Source: Clostridiales bacterium
Lineage (GTDB): Bacteria; Bacillota; Peptococcia; DRI-13; UBA5745
Length of the DNA: 64,000 bases
NCBI GenBank assembly: GCA_009782505.1
Contig: WRIW01000005.1
Coordinates: forward strand, 7,044-71,043
Direction of reading: 5' to 3'
This document shows positions 1 through 9,640 of this stretch, one piece after another. Within the stretch, counting starts at the first letter, position 1. Each line of letters begins with the position of its first letter. The translations under genes were made by a program, and so were the position numbers. The notes beneath the pieces are model-generated. The model saw nothing but the letters and a program-made list of their open reading frames with translations, ran no database searches and was not told the origin of the DNA.

Positions 1-104
1 ATCTCATTTTTGTTCGGCTGGGCTATCCTGTCCACTCTGCCGCCGGACAGCAGCTCGTGGCATTCCCGGGCTACGCCGTTCATCACTAAGCCGTCGTAAG
101 TCAT
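1..104 (-). CDS. rqcH: RqcH/FbpA (NFACT family, YloA-like) protein, first 34 codons only; gene runs off the left edge
   Basis: Minus-strand ATG at 104-102. Translation MTYDGLVMNGVARECHELLSGGRVDRIAQPNKNE fits the conserved NFACT N-terminus (M.FDG...EL...L.GGR..KI.QP). It is divergent from yicC, as in the B. subtilis yloA-yloC region. Open-ended, so absent from the ORF track. Confidence 0.6.
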   Translation of the reverse strand, partial: MTYDGLVMNGVARECHELLSGGRVDRIAQPNKNE

Positions 105-270
105 GGCTTTATTCTAACGACTCCGGTAAATGATTACAAGATTTATTGCAGATAAATTCACGGCGTTGTCCCATAAAGTACTATTCATAGGGGCGTGTAT
201 TTGGTATAATAACCACTGGGCGCACCATGCGGTTACTATACATACAGGGGGCGGATCGTTGATACAGAGC

Positions 271-1137
271 ATGACAGGCTTCGGCCGGGGCGAGTCCATG
301 GCCGCAGGAAGGCGGATCGCGGCGGAGATAAAATCCGTCAACCACCGCTACAGCGAGATACAGATCAAGCTGCCCAAGAGGTACGGCGCGCTGGAAGAGA
401 GGCTGAAGCAGTACCTGGCGGCTTCCATGAGCCGGGGCAAGGTGGACGTATATATCAAGGCGGAGTACGAAAGCGACGTTACCCAGGAGATCCGCGTTGA
501 CAAGGGGCTTGCCCTCAAGTATCATGATAGGATACGCGACCTGGCGCAAAGCCTGGGCGTCCCTATGGACCTCGGGGCGGCGGCGTTGATCGGGCTGCCG
601 GGGGTGCTGGCGGTGGATGAGGCCGAGGAGGAGATAGAAGAAGTATGGGGGCTCCTGCTCCCGCCGGTGGATAGGGCGCTTGCCCAGGCGCTGGAGATGC
701 GAAAGGCCGAAGGCGGAAGGCTGGCTGAGGATTTCCGAAGGCGCCTGGGGTACATGGAGGAGCTGAGGCAAAGCCTGCTGGCTTACGCCGCGGGCGTGGT
801 GGAAAGCTACCGCCAGCGGCTGACGGCCAGGATCACCGAGCTAATGGGGAAGCAGCCTGTGGACGAAAGCCGCCTGGCCCAGGAAGTGGCTATGTTTGCG
901 GACAAAGCCGGAGTCGACGAGGAGCTGGTCAGGCTGGACAGCCATTTCACCCAGTTTCGCGAGCTTCTGGAAGACGGGCAGCCCGTAGGGAGAAAGCTGG
1001 ATTTCCTCTGCCAGGAGATGCACCGGGAGATCAATACCATTGGCTCGAAGGCAAATGATTTAGCCATGACGAAGGTGACGGTGGAGATGAAAAGCGAGCT
1101 GGAGAAGCTCAGGGAACAGGTGCAGAACATCCAATGA
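271..1137 (+). CDS. yicC: YicC/YloC family stress-induced protein
   Basis: ORF 130..1137. The conserved family start MTGFGRGE begins at ATG 271. The C-terminal DUF1732-like motif (LDFLCQEMHREINTIGSKAN) is present. The upstream 47 codons look like a non-coding extension. Confidence 0.9.
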   Translation: MTGFGRGESMAAGRRIAAEIKSVNHRYSEIQIKLPKRYGALEERLKQYLAASMSRGKVDVYIKAEYESDVTQEIRVDKGLALKYHDRIRDLAQSLGVPMDLGAAALIGLPGVLAVDEAEEEIEEVWGLLLPPVDRALAQALEMRKAEGGRLAEDFRRRLGYMEELRQSLLAYAAGVVESYRQRLTARITELMGKQPVDESRLAQEVAMFADKAGVDEELVRLDSHFTQFRELLEDGQPVGRKLDFLCQEMHREINTIGSKANDLAMTKVTVEMKSELEKLREQVQNIQ

Positions 1138-1170
1138 CCACGAAATGAAAAGGCAAAGCAGGGTTGAACG

Positions 1171-1785
1171 ATGAGCGCTGAAGACCAACATTATACAATG
1201 CCCCCCAGCGGCCTCCTGATCGTGATATCCGGGCCATCCGGCGCGGGGAAGGGCACTATATGCGCCGAGCTCCTGAAGCGTGACCGGCGCCTTGCCCTGT
1301 CGGTGTCCGCCACCACGAGGCAGAAAGGCGCCCATGAGGAGTTTGGCAGGGAGTATTACTTCTACTCCGACGAGGAGTTTCAGAAGCGCCTGGATGAAGA
1401 CGGATTCCTGGAGTGGGCGGAGGTCCACGGCAAGCGTTACGGTACATTGAAGAGCCAGGTGGAAGAGATATGGGATACCGGCAGGGACTGCATCCTAGAG
1501 ATCGACGTCCAGGGGGGGATACAGGTATACCGGAAGATGAGCCAGGCTTGCGTGATGATTTTCGTCAAGGCCACCTCCGAGGAGGAGCTTATCCGGCGCG
1601 TCACCGCGAGAAACAGGGAGCAGCCCGAGGAGATACGGAGAAGGATGCTGACGGCGCGCTGGGAGATGACTCAGGAAGACAAGTACCACTACACGGTCGT
1701 GAACGACAAGCTTGACGAAGTGGTCGAGCAAGTATTGGAAATCATCAGGGAGGAGAGGATCAACCATGCGGCAGCCGTCCATTGA
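1171..1785 (+). CDS. gmk: guanylate kinase
   Basis: P-loop ISGPSGAGKGT, then the ATTR and EV.G..YGT guanylate kinase signatures. Position between yicC and rpoZ is the classical Firmicutes synteny. Confidence 0.95.
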   Translation: MSAEDQHYTMPPSGLLIVISGPSGAGKGTICAELLKRDRRLALSVSATTRQKGAHEEFGREYYFYSDEEFQKRLDEDGFLEWAEVHGKRYGTLKSQVEEIWDTGRDCILEIDVQGGIQVYRKMSQACVMIFVKATSEEELIRRVTARNREQPEEIRRRMLTARWEMTQEDKYHYTVVNDKLDEVVEQVLEIIREERINHAAAVH

Positions 1786-1978
1786 CAAGCTGACCGACCG
1801 CCTGGATTCGAAATACGGCCTGGTCGTAGCCACGGCGAAGAGAGCCAGGGAGCTCACCAACGGCGGGAGGCCCGCTGTGGAAATCACCGCGGAGATGAAG
1901 AAGCCGGTGAGCATAGCGCTGGAGGAGATCGCCAACGGAAAGCTGGACATAGATGAACCAAAAGGCGGGATTAAGTAG
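1766..1978 (+). CDS. rpoZ: DNA-directed RNA polymerase subunit omega
   Basis: Start moved to ATG 1766, after [45 protein letters not shown] is the omega-subunit signature. It overlaps the gmk 3' end by 20 nt. Confidence 0.9.
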   Translation: MRQPSIDKLTDRLDSKYGLVVATAKRARELTNGGRPAVEITAEMKKPVSIALEEIANGKLDIDEPKGGIK

Positions 1979-1979
1979 T

Positions 1980-3164
1980 ATGGCAAGAAAATTATTTACA
2001 TCAGAATCAGTGACGGAAGGGCATCCGGATAAGCTCGCGGATCAGATATCCGACACAGTGCTTGACGCGATGCTGGAAAATGACCCCTACGCCAGAGTAG
2101 CCTGCGAGACGGCTCTGACCACCGGCCTGGCGCTCATCATGGGGGAGATCACCACCAGTACTTACGTGGATATCCCGAAGCTGGCCAGGCAGACGATACT
2201 GGACATCGGCTATGACCGGCCGGAGCTGGGCTTTGACGGCCACACCTGCGCCGTCATCACCGCCATCGACGAGCAGTCTTCGGATATCTCCATGGGCGTA
2301 GACCACTCCATGGAGGAGAAAGAGGGCGCCGGGGATAAGAAGGAGCTGGGCGCCGGAGACCAGGGCATGATGTTTGGTTATGCCACGGACGAGACGGAAG
2401 AATATATGCCCCTGACCATCAGCCTTGCCCACCAGCTGTGCAGGGAGCTTGCTTCCGCGCGCAGGGCAAAGAAGCTGCCCTTCCTGCGGCCGGACGGAAA
2501 GGCCCAGGTCACCGTGGAGTATGAGGGCGGGCGGCCCGTACGCCTGGATACGGTACTGGTGTCCACTCAGCACGACCCCCATGTGGAGATGGACCGCTTA
2601 CGGCAGGAAGTAGTGGAACAGGTCATCAAACCTGTGCTGCCGGATGGTTTGCTGGATGGCAATACCCGCTTCCTGGTGAATCCTACTGGGCGCTTCGTCA
2701 TCGGCGGCCCCATGGGCGACTCGGGGCTGACGGGGCGGAAGATCATCGTGGATACCTACGGCGGCATGGCCCGCCACGGGGGCGGGTGCTTCTCGGGGAA
2801 GGACCCCACTAAGGTGGACCGTTCCGCTGCTTACGCGGCGAGATACGCGGCGAAAAACATCGTGGCGGCGGGGCTGGCGGCCAAGTGCGAGCTGCAGCTT
2901 GCCTATGCCATCGGCGTGGCGCGCCCGGTGAGTATGATGGTGGATACCTTCGGCACGGCGAAGGTAGATGAGGAAGACATTGTGAAAGCCGTCGGCGAGC
3001 TCTTTGACTTCACGCCCTCCGGGATCATCCATTACCTGAAGCTCAGGCAGCCTATCTATAGGAAGACGGCGACTTACGGGCATTTTGGCAGAAACGATCT
3101 GGACCTCCCCTGGGAGCGGCTGGATATGGTTCAGGCGCTAAAGGACAGGTTCCGTCTGAGCTGA
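1980..3164 (+). CDS. metK: S-adenosylmethionine synthase
   Basis: [37 protein letters not shown] and GGGCFSGKD motifs. ATG 1980 lies 1 nt after the rpoZ stop. Confidence 0.97.
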   Translation: MARKLFTSESVTEGHPDKLADQISDTVLDAMLENDPYARVACETALTTGLALIMGEITTSTYVDIPKLARQTILDIGYDRPELGFDGHTCAVITAIDEQSSDISMGVDHSMEEKEGAGDKKELGAGDQGMMFGYATDETEEYMPLTISLAHQLCRELASARRAKKLPFLRPDGKAQVTVEYEGGRPVRLDTVLVSTQHDPHVEMDRLRQEVVEQVIKPVLPDGLLDGNTRFLVNPTGRFVIGGPMGDSGLTGRKIIVDTYGGMARHGGGCFSGKDPTKVDRSAAYAARYAAKNIVAAGLAAKCELQLAYAIGVARPVSMMVDTFGTAKVDEEDIVKAVGELFDFTPSGIIHYLKLRQPIYRKTATYGHFGRNDLDLPWERLDMVQALKDRFRLS

Positions 3165-5419
3165 TGTTTGCCGTCGTACTGATCATGAATCCGGCGTTTG
3201 CCAAAGAGTTGATACTAACTTACGCCATCCGGGAAGGACAACCGTGCCTTCCCGGTATGTTGTATTCCGTAAAAGTCAGGGGGAGGGCGGAAGAAGGGCT
3301 CGTCCTGCGGCTGCGCAAGGAGCCGGGAGGGGAGTACCGCATGCAGGAGCTGGGGGAGGCGGTATACCCGTATCCCATGCTCAGCCGCCAGGGGCTGGCC
3401 CTGGCCCGCTGGATAGCGAGGTTCTATGTCTGCCCTCTGAACAGGGCTGCGGCGCTCTTCCTGCCCCCGGCGGTGAGGCCGGTGCAGGAGACCAGGTACT
3501 ATCTGGATTCTCCGGATAGCAACGATTTGCTTTTCATCGATCCCGCCTGGCAATTCCTCTGGGAAGGGCTGAAGAAGGCGGGGGCAAAGGGCATGTCCGC
3601 CGGGAGGATGAGGCAGCGTTGGGGCCCGGAGGCGGCGGGGCAGGCCGACACATGGGTAGAAGGCGGCTTTCTCAGGAAGGAGACCGGGCTCCGGCAGATA
3701 CGCAGAGCGCCGGGCGCCAAAGCGCCGGCAGATGCGATGCGAGGGGAGCTAAGCCCTGCATTGTCGCCGGATCAGCGAAGGGCCTACGAGGATATATGCG
3801 AAGATCTGGGGGTGGGGCGCTTCGGCGTGCATCTGCTGTTCGGCGTCACGGGCAGCGGCAAGACGGAAGTATACCTCCGCCTGGCAGCCCATGCCGCCGA
3901 GGCAGGCAGGCAAAGCATCTACCTGGTGCCCGAGATCAGCCTGGTGCCGCAGCTGACGGCGAAGGCGCGGCAGTGGTTTGGCGGGCAGGTGGCGGTACTG
4001 CACAGCAATCTCACGCCGGCTCAGAGAGTAGCCGAATGGCAACGGATAATGGACGGGGAAGTCAAGCTCATCGTCGGGCCAAGGTCGGCTTTGTTTGCCC
4101 CGGTGAAGGATCTGGGGCTCATCGTCATCGACGAGGAACATGAAAACACGTATAAGCAGAGCGAGCCGGAGCCGCGCTATGACGCCAGGGCCGCGGCGGA
4201 AGCCATGGCCAGGTTCTGTAAGGCTGTGGTGGTGAGGGGCTCGGCCACCCCGGACATGGAGAGCCTGTACCGGGCGGGGCGCGGGGAGATGGCGCTGCAC
4301 CCCCTGCCGGAGAGGATAGAGAAGAGGCCGATGCCGCCTATCCTGTGGGTCAACATGAACCGGGAAATGAAGGAAGGGCACCCCCATCCGGTAAGCCGCC
4401 GACTCCTGGAAGCCTTGAGGGACAGGAAGGCAAAAGGGGAACAGGCTATACTGCTGATGAACCGGAGAGGTTTCCACACTTATGTATTGTGCAGAGACTG
4501 CGGCCAAAGCCTGGAGTGCCCCCGGTGCAGCATCCCCCTCACCTATCATCGGCCATACCGGGCGGGGCAAGGCGGGCGGCGCGAGGCGGACGACCGCCTG
4601 ATCTGCCACTACTGCGGCTACCAAAGCGGGTTATGGGCCGCCTGCCCCCAATGCGGCGGCGGCATGCTCCAGTACATGGGCACCGGCACGCAGCGGGTGA
4701 TGGATTACCTGGAGAAGGAGATACCGGAGCTCAATTTACTCCGGCTGGATATGGACAGCACAGGGAAGGCCGGCAGCCACGGGAGGATACTGAAAGCATT
4801 TCAAGACGGGGAAGCCGACGTGCTGGTGGGCACCCAGATGGTGGCGAAAGGCTTTGACTTCCCGGGCGTGACCCTGTCGGCGGTGCTTCACATCGACGGT
4901 ATCATCAACCTGCCGGATTATCAGGGGAGCGAGCGGGCCATACAGCTCATCCTCCAGACGGCCGGGCGGGCGGGCAGGGGGGATATACCCGGCGAAGTGA
5001 TGGTGCAGACCTTCTATCCGGACAACCCCGTGCTGAAGCTCACGGGGGCGTACGACTATATGGGCTTCTACGAGAACGAACTGGCCCTGAGGCGGGCCCT
5101 GGACTATCCGCCCATCAAGAAAAGCGCCCGCATACTGGTGACCGGCGAAAACGAAGAGGACGTGGAGAAGGGGATAGGGGAGATCGCCGAGCACTGCAGG
5201 GCGTCGATGCCGGCGGAAGAAGCGGACAACATCATCTGGCTTGGCCCGGCGAGGGCGCCGGTGGAGAAAATCAAAAACCGCTGGCGGAGGCATCTCATCC
5301 TGCTTTCGGATAAGCGGGCGCCCCTGGCGCGCTGCCTGGCTTTAGCCAGGGCCAAGTCCGCCGCCTGGGGGGACGAGCCCAGGATCATTCTCGATATGGA
5401 GCCAAAGAGTTTGTTGTAA
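3164..5419 (+). CDS. priA: primosomal protein N' (replication restart helicase PriA)
   Basis: 751 aa. Walker A GVTGSGKTE, DEEH box (VIDEEHE) and the Cys-rich zinc insert (CRDCG..CPRC...CHYCG...CPQCG). ATGA overlap with the metK stop. Confidence 0.95.
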   Translation: MFAVVLIMNPAFAKELILTYAIREGQPCLPGMLYSVKVRGRAEEGLVLRLRKEPGGEYRMQELGEAVYPYPMLSRQGLALARWIARFYVCPLNRAAALFLPPAVRPVQETRYYLDSPDSNDLLFIDPAWQFLWEGLKKAGAKGMSAGRMRQRWGPEAAGQADTWVEGGFLRKETGLRQIRRAPGAKAPADAMRGELSPALSPDQRRAYEDICEDLGVGRFGVHLLFGVTGSGKTEVYLRLAAHAAEAGRQSIYLVPEISLVPQLTAKARQWFGGQVAVLHSNLTPAQRVAEWQRIMDGEVKLIVGPRSALFAPVKDLGLIVIDEEHENTYKQSEPEPRYDARAAAEAMARFCKAVVVRGSATPDMESLYRAGRGEMALHPLPERIEKRPMPPILWVNMNREMKEGHPHPVSRRLLEALRDRKAKGEQAILLMNRRGFHTYVLCRDCGQSLECPRCSIPLTYHRPYRAGQGGRREADDRLICHYCGYQSGLWAACPQCGGGMLQYMGTGTQRVMDYLEKEIPELNLLRLDMDSTGKAGSHGRILKAFQDGEADVLVGTQMVAKGFDFPGVTLSAVLHIDGIINLPDYQGSERAIQLILQTAGRAGRGDIPGEVMVQTFYPDNPVLKLTGAYDYMGFYENELALRRALDYPPIKKSARILVTGENEEDVEKGIGEIAEHCRASMPAEEADNIIWLGPARAPVEKIKNRWRRHLILLSDKRAPLARCLALARAKSAAWGDEPRIILDMEPKSLL

Positions 5420-5613
5420 AACGAAAAAAATATATCGAAAAGCGATAAATTTATGTTGCATCATAATAAATGATGTGATATATTCCTGTTGGGAAGCAAA
5501 AAAACGCGTTGCGGGCGTTACCGGAAGAAAATAAATCCGCGTCAGGGGGGAAGCTAGTGTATTATTCGCAAAAAACTGCGTAGTTATTTCGCGAATGATG
5601 CACTAGGCAAGTT

Positions 5614-6060
5614 ATGTGGACGAAATCAAACTCATTAATGCTATCGCGCATCATGATCGCCGTATTTCTCGCGCTGCTGGGGGCGGGCGCCCTGGGGCTG
5701 CCCTGGCTGCTGCGCTGGTATATCGGGTACGCGGGCAAGAGCGCGCTAGTCCTCCTGCCGGTCATGGCCAGCCTGTGGGCCTGCGCCCTGCCGGCCTTCG
5801 CCGCGCTGATCATGCTGGGCAAAATGCTGAAGAATATAGCCTTTGAGCGGGTATTTGTCCGGGAGAACGTCCGGGCGCTGCGGGTGATATCCTGGTGCTG
5901 CTTCGCCGTATCCGCCGTCTTCATCGTGTTTTTCTTCTATTATATATTGGGTATCATCCTGGCGATCCTTGCCGCTTTCGCCGGGTTGGTGCTGCGCGTA
6001 GTGAAAAATGTATTTGAACAGGCGGTAAAGCTCAAAGAAGAAAACGACCTGACCGTGTAA
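5614..6060 (+). CDS. DUF2975-like multi-pass membrane protein
   Basis: 148 aa with about four hydrophobic helices. It sits immediately upstream of a small YozG-like HTH gene, the usual DUF2975/HTH pairing. Confidence 0.7.
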   Translation: MWTKSNSLMLSRIMIAVFLALLGAGALGLPWLLRWYIGYAGKSALVLLPVMASLWACALPAFAALIMLGKMLKNIAFERVFVRENVRALRVISWCCFAVSAVFIVFFFYYILGIILAILAAFAGLVLRVVKNVFEQAVKLKEENDLTV

Positions 6061-6159
6061 TGTGGCGCTGGCTTAGTACTATTTAAGTAGTAGTCCGTAG
6101 TTGCCTGCCGGCGAAGCGCGCCGAGCGGCGGACAGGAGCGGAGAAGTATCCGCTATGAG

Positions 6160-6375
6160 GTGTGTATCGTGCCGATCATCGTAAATATCGACGTCATGCT
6201 TGCCAAACGGAAAATGTCATCGGGGGAGCTGGCCGCCCGGGTGGGTATCACCCAGGCGAACCTGTCGATATTGAAAACAAATAAAGCGAAGGCAATCCGG
6301 TTTTCCACACTGGATGAGATCTGCAAGGCGCTGGACTGCCAGCCGGGGGACATACTGGAATTCACTGAAGAATAA
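6160..6375 (+). CDS. small XRE/Cro-type helix-turn-helix regulator (YozG-like)
   Basis: IIVNIDVMLAKRKMSSGELAARVGITQANLSILKTNKAKAIRFSTLDEICKALDCQPGDILEF is the YozG-type HTH_26 pattern. GTG 6160 or GTG 6169 may be the start; RBS GAGG at 6157-6160 favours 6169. Confidence 0.85.
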   Translation: MCIVPIIVNIDVMLAKRKMSSGELAARVGITQANLSILKTNKAKAIRFSTLDEICKALDCQPGDILEFTEE

Positions 6376-6391
6376 GATAGGGGAGGATCAT

Positions 6392-7981
6392 ATGGAGAAT
6401 ATAACAACGACGCAGAAGCTTGTCAGGAAGCCGGCGGAGCCTAAGGCGCCGCCGCAGTACGACGGCGCCGATCTGATATTCGTATGCATCATCCCCGTAC
6501 TGGGCTTCCTATTTATCAAGCTGGTGGCTGCCTCGGCCCTGGCCCAGCCTTACCCGGGGGCGGGGGTGACGGCGTATACCTTGTGCTTCATCGCCGTTGT
6601 GCTTGCCTGGTTCCGAAGAAGCGGCGGGGCTGATCTCCGCGCCGCCTGGCCGGGTCTGGTCGCGATGCTGCTCACGGGGGGCTACTTCGCCATCTACCAA
6701 AACGCCGTGCTGGGGTATCTGGCGCTGCCCCTCCTCATCGGGACGGCGGCGTACACGGTCGTCGCTCTGGGCGGGCGGCGCGCCGGAAAAACCGGGGATG
6801 ATTATCTTGTATTTGACTTATACGGCGCGTTGTGCTCGATACCGTTTGGGAACTTCGGCAAGCTCTTTGCCATATGCGGGGACAGGCTGAAGAAGGTGAA
6901 GAAAAGCCGAAGCATATTGATGATGCTGCTGGGGGTAGTGGCGGCCTTGCCCGTAGCCATCTATGTGGGGACGCAGCTGCAAAGCGCGGACGCCGCCTTC
7001 GAGATGGTGTGGCAGAGCTTTGTCCGGCGATTCTTTTCCGACGACCTGCTGGTGACATTGCTTCAAATCGCTGTCTCCATACCGGTGGGCATGTACCTCT
7101 ACGGTCTGATTTACGGCTCGGTAAAGCATAGGGGGGAGCCGCATCTGAGTAGTGAGGAAGCCGCCGGGACGACGGATAAGGCGAAGATATTGCCTCTCTA
7201 CCTGGTCATCGGCGGTATCACGCCGCTGCTGGCCTTGTACCTTATGTTCTTCTTCTCCCAGACGGCGTACTTCCTTTCCGCCTTCCGGGGCATACTGCCC
7301 CTTGGATTGAACTACTCCGAATACGCGAGGAGGGGATTCTTTGAGCTATGCAATGTCTGTGTGATAAACCTGCTGGTGGCGGCGGTCCTCAACCTGCTTA
7401 CGAAGGACAGCAGAGCCGGAGCCGTTTCCCGGGTTTATGGCTGCCTGCTGGCCCTATCCTCCCTGGCCCTCATCGCTATATCCCTGAGCAAAATGCTGAT
7501 GTACATCAGCATCTACGGGCTGACGCCTCTGCGGGTGTATACGTCGTGGTTTATGGTATTCCTCTTCCTCCTGTTCGCCATGCTCATCGTGAGGTTATTT
7601 AAGCCGGGCTTCCCTTTCTTCAAGTACGGCGCCTGCTGCTGCCTAGCCATGTTCCTGCTGCTGGGGTACGCCGATACGGACAGGCTCATCGCGGAGTACA
7701 ACCTGGAGGCTTACCGAACGGGAAAGGTGGCTGGGCTGGACGTGGACCAGCTGCGGGAGCTGGGCGGCGGCGGGGTAGGCTGCTTACTTTCCATCGCGGC
7801 GGACGAAAGCATGCCGGAGGAGTACAAGCGCCAGGCAGGTCAAATCCTGTACGCCAAGGTGTGCGAAGCCGAGTGCCGCAAAGAGTACAAGCGGGACGAC
7901 TGGAGGGGCGCGTCCATCGCCGGATACCGGGAGCACAGACTACTTATGGAAAATAAGGACGTTATACTTAGGGCGAACTAA
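6392..7981 (+). CDS. DUF4153/DUF4173-like polytopic membrane protein
   Basis: Start at ATG 6392, after RBS GGGGAGG. About 530 aa with many TM helices. Completes the usual DUF2975-HTH-DUF4153 trio. Confidence 0.7.
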   Translation: MENITTTQKLVRKPAEPKAPPQYDGADLIFVCIIPVLGFLFIKLVAASALAQPYPGAGVTAYTLCFIAVVLAWFRRSGGADLRAAWPGLVAMLLTGGYFAIYQNAVLGYLALPLLIGTAAYTVVALGGRRAGKTGDDYLVFDLYGALCSIPFGNFGKLFAICGDRLKKVKKSRSILMMLLGVVAALPVAIYVGTQLQSADAAFEMVWQSFVRRFFSDDLLVTLLQIAVSIPVGMYLYGLIYGSVKHRGEPHLSSEEAAGTTDKAKILPLYLVIGGITPLLALYLMFFFSQTAYFLSAFRGILPLGLNYSEYARRGFFELCNVCVINLLVAAVLNLLTKDSRAGAVSRVYGCLLALSSLALIAISLSKMLMYISIYGLTPLRVYTSWFMVFLFLLFAMLIVRLFKPGFPFFKYGACCCLAMFLLLGYADTDRLIAEYNLEAYRTGKVAGLDVDQLRELGGGGVGCLLSIAADESMPEEYKRQAGQILYAKVCEAECRKEYKRDDWRGASIAGYREHRLLMENKDVILRAN

Positions 7982-7993
7982 AGACGCCTGTGC

Positions 7994-8250
7994 GCTACAG
8001 TTCAGGGGGTCAGGGGCCCAAAGCGTGGCTATTTGTAAGCGATGGATTGAACGGCTTCGTCTGCCAGATAAGCAATCGCAAACCTGGCAAATCCTTGGGT
8101 GCGACACGGACGTCGCACCAGACGGAACGCGACACGATGTCGCGTTGGAGTCGTTAGGGTTTGCATCAAACGATTGCTATATCTGGCCGAAGCTGTGAAT
8201 CATCGCGGCAAATAGCCACGCTTTGGGCCCCTGACCCCCTGAACTGTAGC
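7994..8250. repeat. long-stem hairpin element E1
   Basis: The arms are 42 bp and perfectly complementary. 7994-8035 (GCTACAGTTCAGGGGGTCAGGGGCCCAAAGCGTGGCTATTTG) is the exact reverse complement of 8209-8250. The interior continues as an imperfect palindrome. It contains hairpins at 8098-8119 (loop ACGGAC) and 8126-8146 (loop ACGAT). Confidence 0.9.
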
Positions 8251-8395
8251 TCTATTTTTTAAATTCACATATATTTTACATAAAAATGTTTCACTTTTGC
8301 GCGTTTCAGTGTATAATAAACTAAAAATGTGACCGAACGCGAAGGCGGCTCGCCAAGTGAAGTAGCGAGGCAGAGCAGCGAAAAGAGGGCGAAAC

Positions 8396-9640
8396 ATGGC
8401 AAATATTGCGGCAAAAAGCGATATCCCGGTCGCCGTAGAGAGCATAAGCGTCAGCATGTTTGGGGATTTCAAGCTCTTCGTGGGGGACCATGTCATCGAC
8501 GATAGGATAAGCCGCTCCCATAAGATGTGGGTACTGCTGGCTTACCTCATCATACACCGGAACCGCCATATCTCCCAGGAGGAGCTCATCGAGACCCTCT
8601 GGCCCGAGGAAGACAACGATAACCCGGCAAATGCCCTGAAGACCTTGCTCTACCGCACCAGGGCTTCCATCGCGGCGGTGCTGGGCGAGGAACCCCAGCT
8701 GATACTCTCCCAGCGGGGGTCATACTCCTGGAACCTGCAAATCGACTTGAAGGTGGACGCCGAGGAGTTCGACAGGCTCGTCTCCGTGGCCGCGGATATC
8801 AGCATAGACAGGCAGGTGCGCAAGGATCATTACCAAAGGGCAATGGAGCTGTACCAGCATGACTTCCTGCCCAAGCTCTCCGATCAGATGTGGGTCATAC
8901 CCTTTACCACGTATTACCACTACCTCTACCTGGATTCGGTCTTCGCCTGCGGCGACATGCTCCTTGAGGACGAGGAGTACGGCAAGCTTGCCGACTTGTG
9001 CAACCAGGCGGTGAGAATCGAGCCTTATGAGGAAAAGCTCTACATACTGCTCATCAAAGCCTTCCTGGCCCAGGGGAATACCATCGCCGCCGTGAGCCAG
9101 TACGAGAAAGCGACGGAGCTGCTCTACAAGAACTTGGGCGTCAAGCCTTCCGAGGCTCTGCGGGAGCTGTACCAGGAGATCATGAAGGAAAACAAACTCC
9201 TGGAGCTGGACCTCACCGTCATCCAGCAGGACCTCAGGGAAGCGGCCGAGCGGCCGGGCCCCTTCGTCTGCGAGTACGGCTTCTTCCGCGAAGCGTACCG
9301 GCTGGAGGCGAGGCGGGCGGCGCGCCAGGGCTCCAGCGTCCAAATCGCGCTGATCACGCTATCGTTGCCGGATGGCAAAAGCCCAACGCTGGCATTGCTG
9401 AATAAAACCATGGAGCAGGTGCTTAGCGTACTGGAGTACTGCCTGCGCAGGGGGGACGTAGTCTCCCGCTATAGCGGCGCCCAATTCGTCATCATGCTAC
9501 CCACGGCCAACTTTGAGGACGCCACGATGATATTGGATCGGATAGTCGCCATGTTCAACCAGAAGAACAGGAAATCATTCCTGATTTTAAATTATAAGAT
9601 TCAACAACTGGACTTGGATAAAATGAAGGCGTATAATTAA
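8396..9640 (+). CDS. SARP-like regulator (OmpR-type winged helix + BTAD) fused to a degenerate GGDEF-like domain
   Basis: The N-terminus FGDFKLFVGDHVI...WVLLAYLIIHRNRHISQEELIETLWPE...ALKTLLYRTR is a trans_reg_C/BTAD pattern. The TPR-like middle reads AMELYQHDFLP...YILLIKAFLAQGN. The C-terminus RRGDVVSRYSGAQFVIMLP aligns with R..D.vaRyGGDEFvill, but SGAQF replaces GGDEF. Confidence 0.8.
   Translation: MANIAAKSDIPVAVESISVSMFGDFKLFVGDHVIDDRISRSHKMWVLLAYLIIHRNRHISQEELIETLWPEEDNDNPANALKTLLYRTRASIAAVLGEEPQLILSQRGSYSWNLQIDLKVDAEEFDRLVSVAADISIDRQVRKDHYQRAMELYQHDFLPKLSDQMWVIPFTTYYHYLYLDSVFACGDMLLEDEEYGKLADLCNQAVRIEPYEEKLYILLIKAFLAQGNTIAAVSQYEKATELLYKNLGVKPSEALRELYQEIMKENKLLELDLTVIQQDLREAAERPGPFVCEYGFFREAYRLEARRAARQGSSVQIALITLSLPDGKSPTLALLNKTMEQVLSVLEYCLRRGDVVSRYSGAQFVIMLPTANFEDATMILDRIVAMFNQKNRKSFLILNYKIQQLDLDKMKAYN

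Noticed and set aside
114-341. ORF 114..341(-) and the first 47 codons of ORF 130..1137(+).
   Set aside because: The YicC family start MTGFGRGE begins at 271. The upstream extension and the antisense ORF cover what is really the rqcH-yicC divergent promoter region.
7994-8250. E1 as an invertible promoter (inverton) controlling the surface cluster, given its 42-bp perfect inverted repeats.
   Set aside because: The segment between the repeats is itself an imperfect palindrome, so inversion would give almost the same sequence. No convincing -35/-10 pair lies inside, and no recombinase gene is adjacent. Long-read orientation analysis could still test this.
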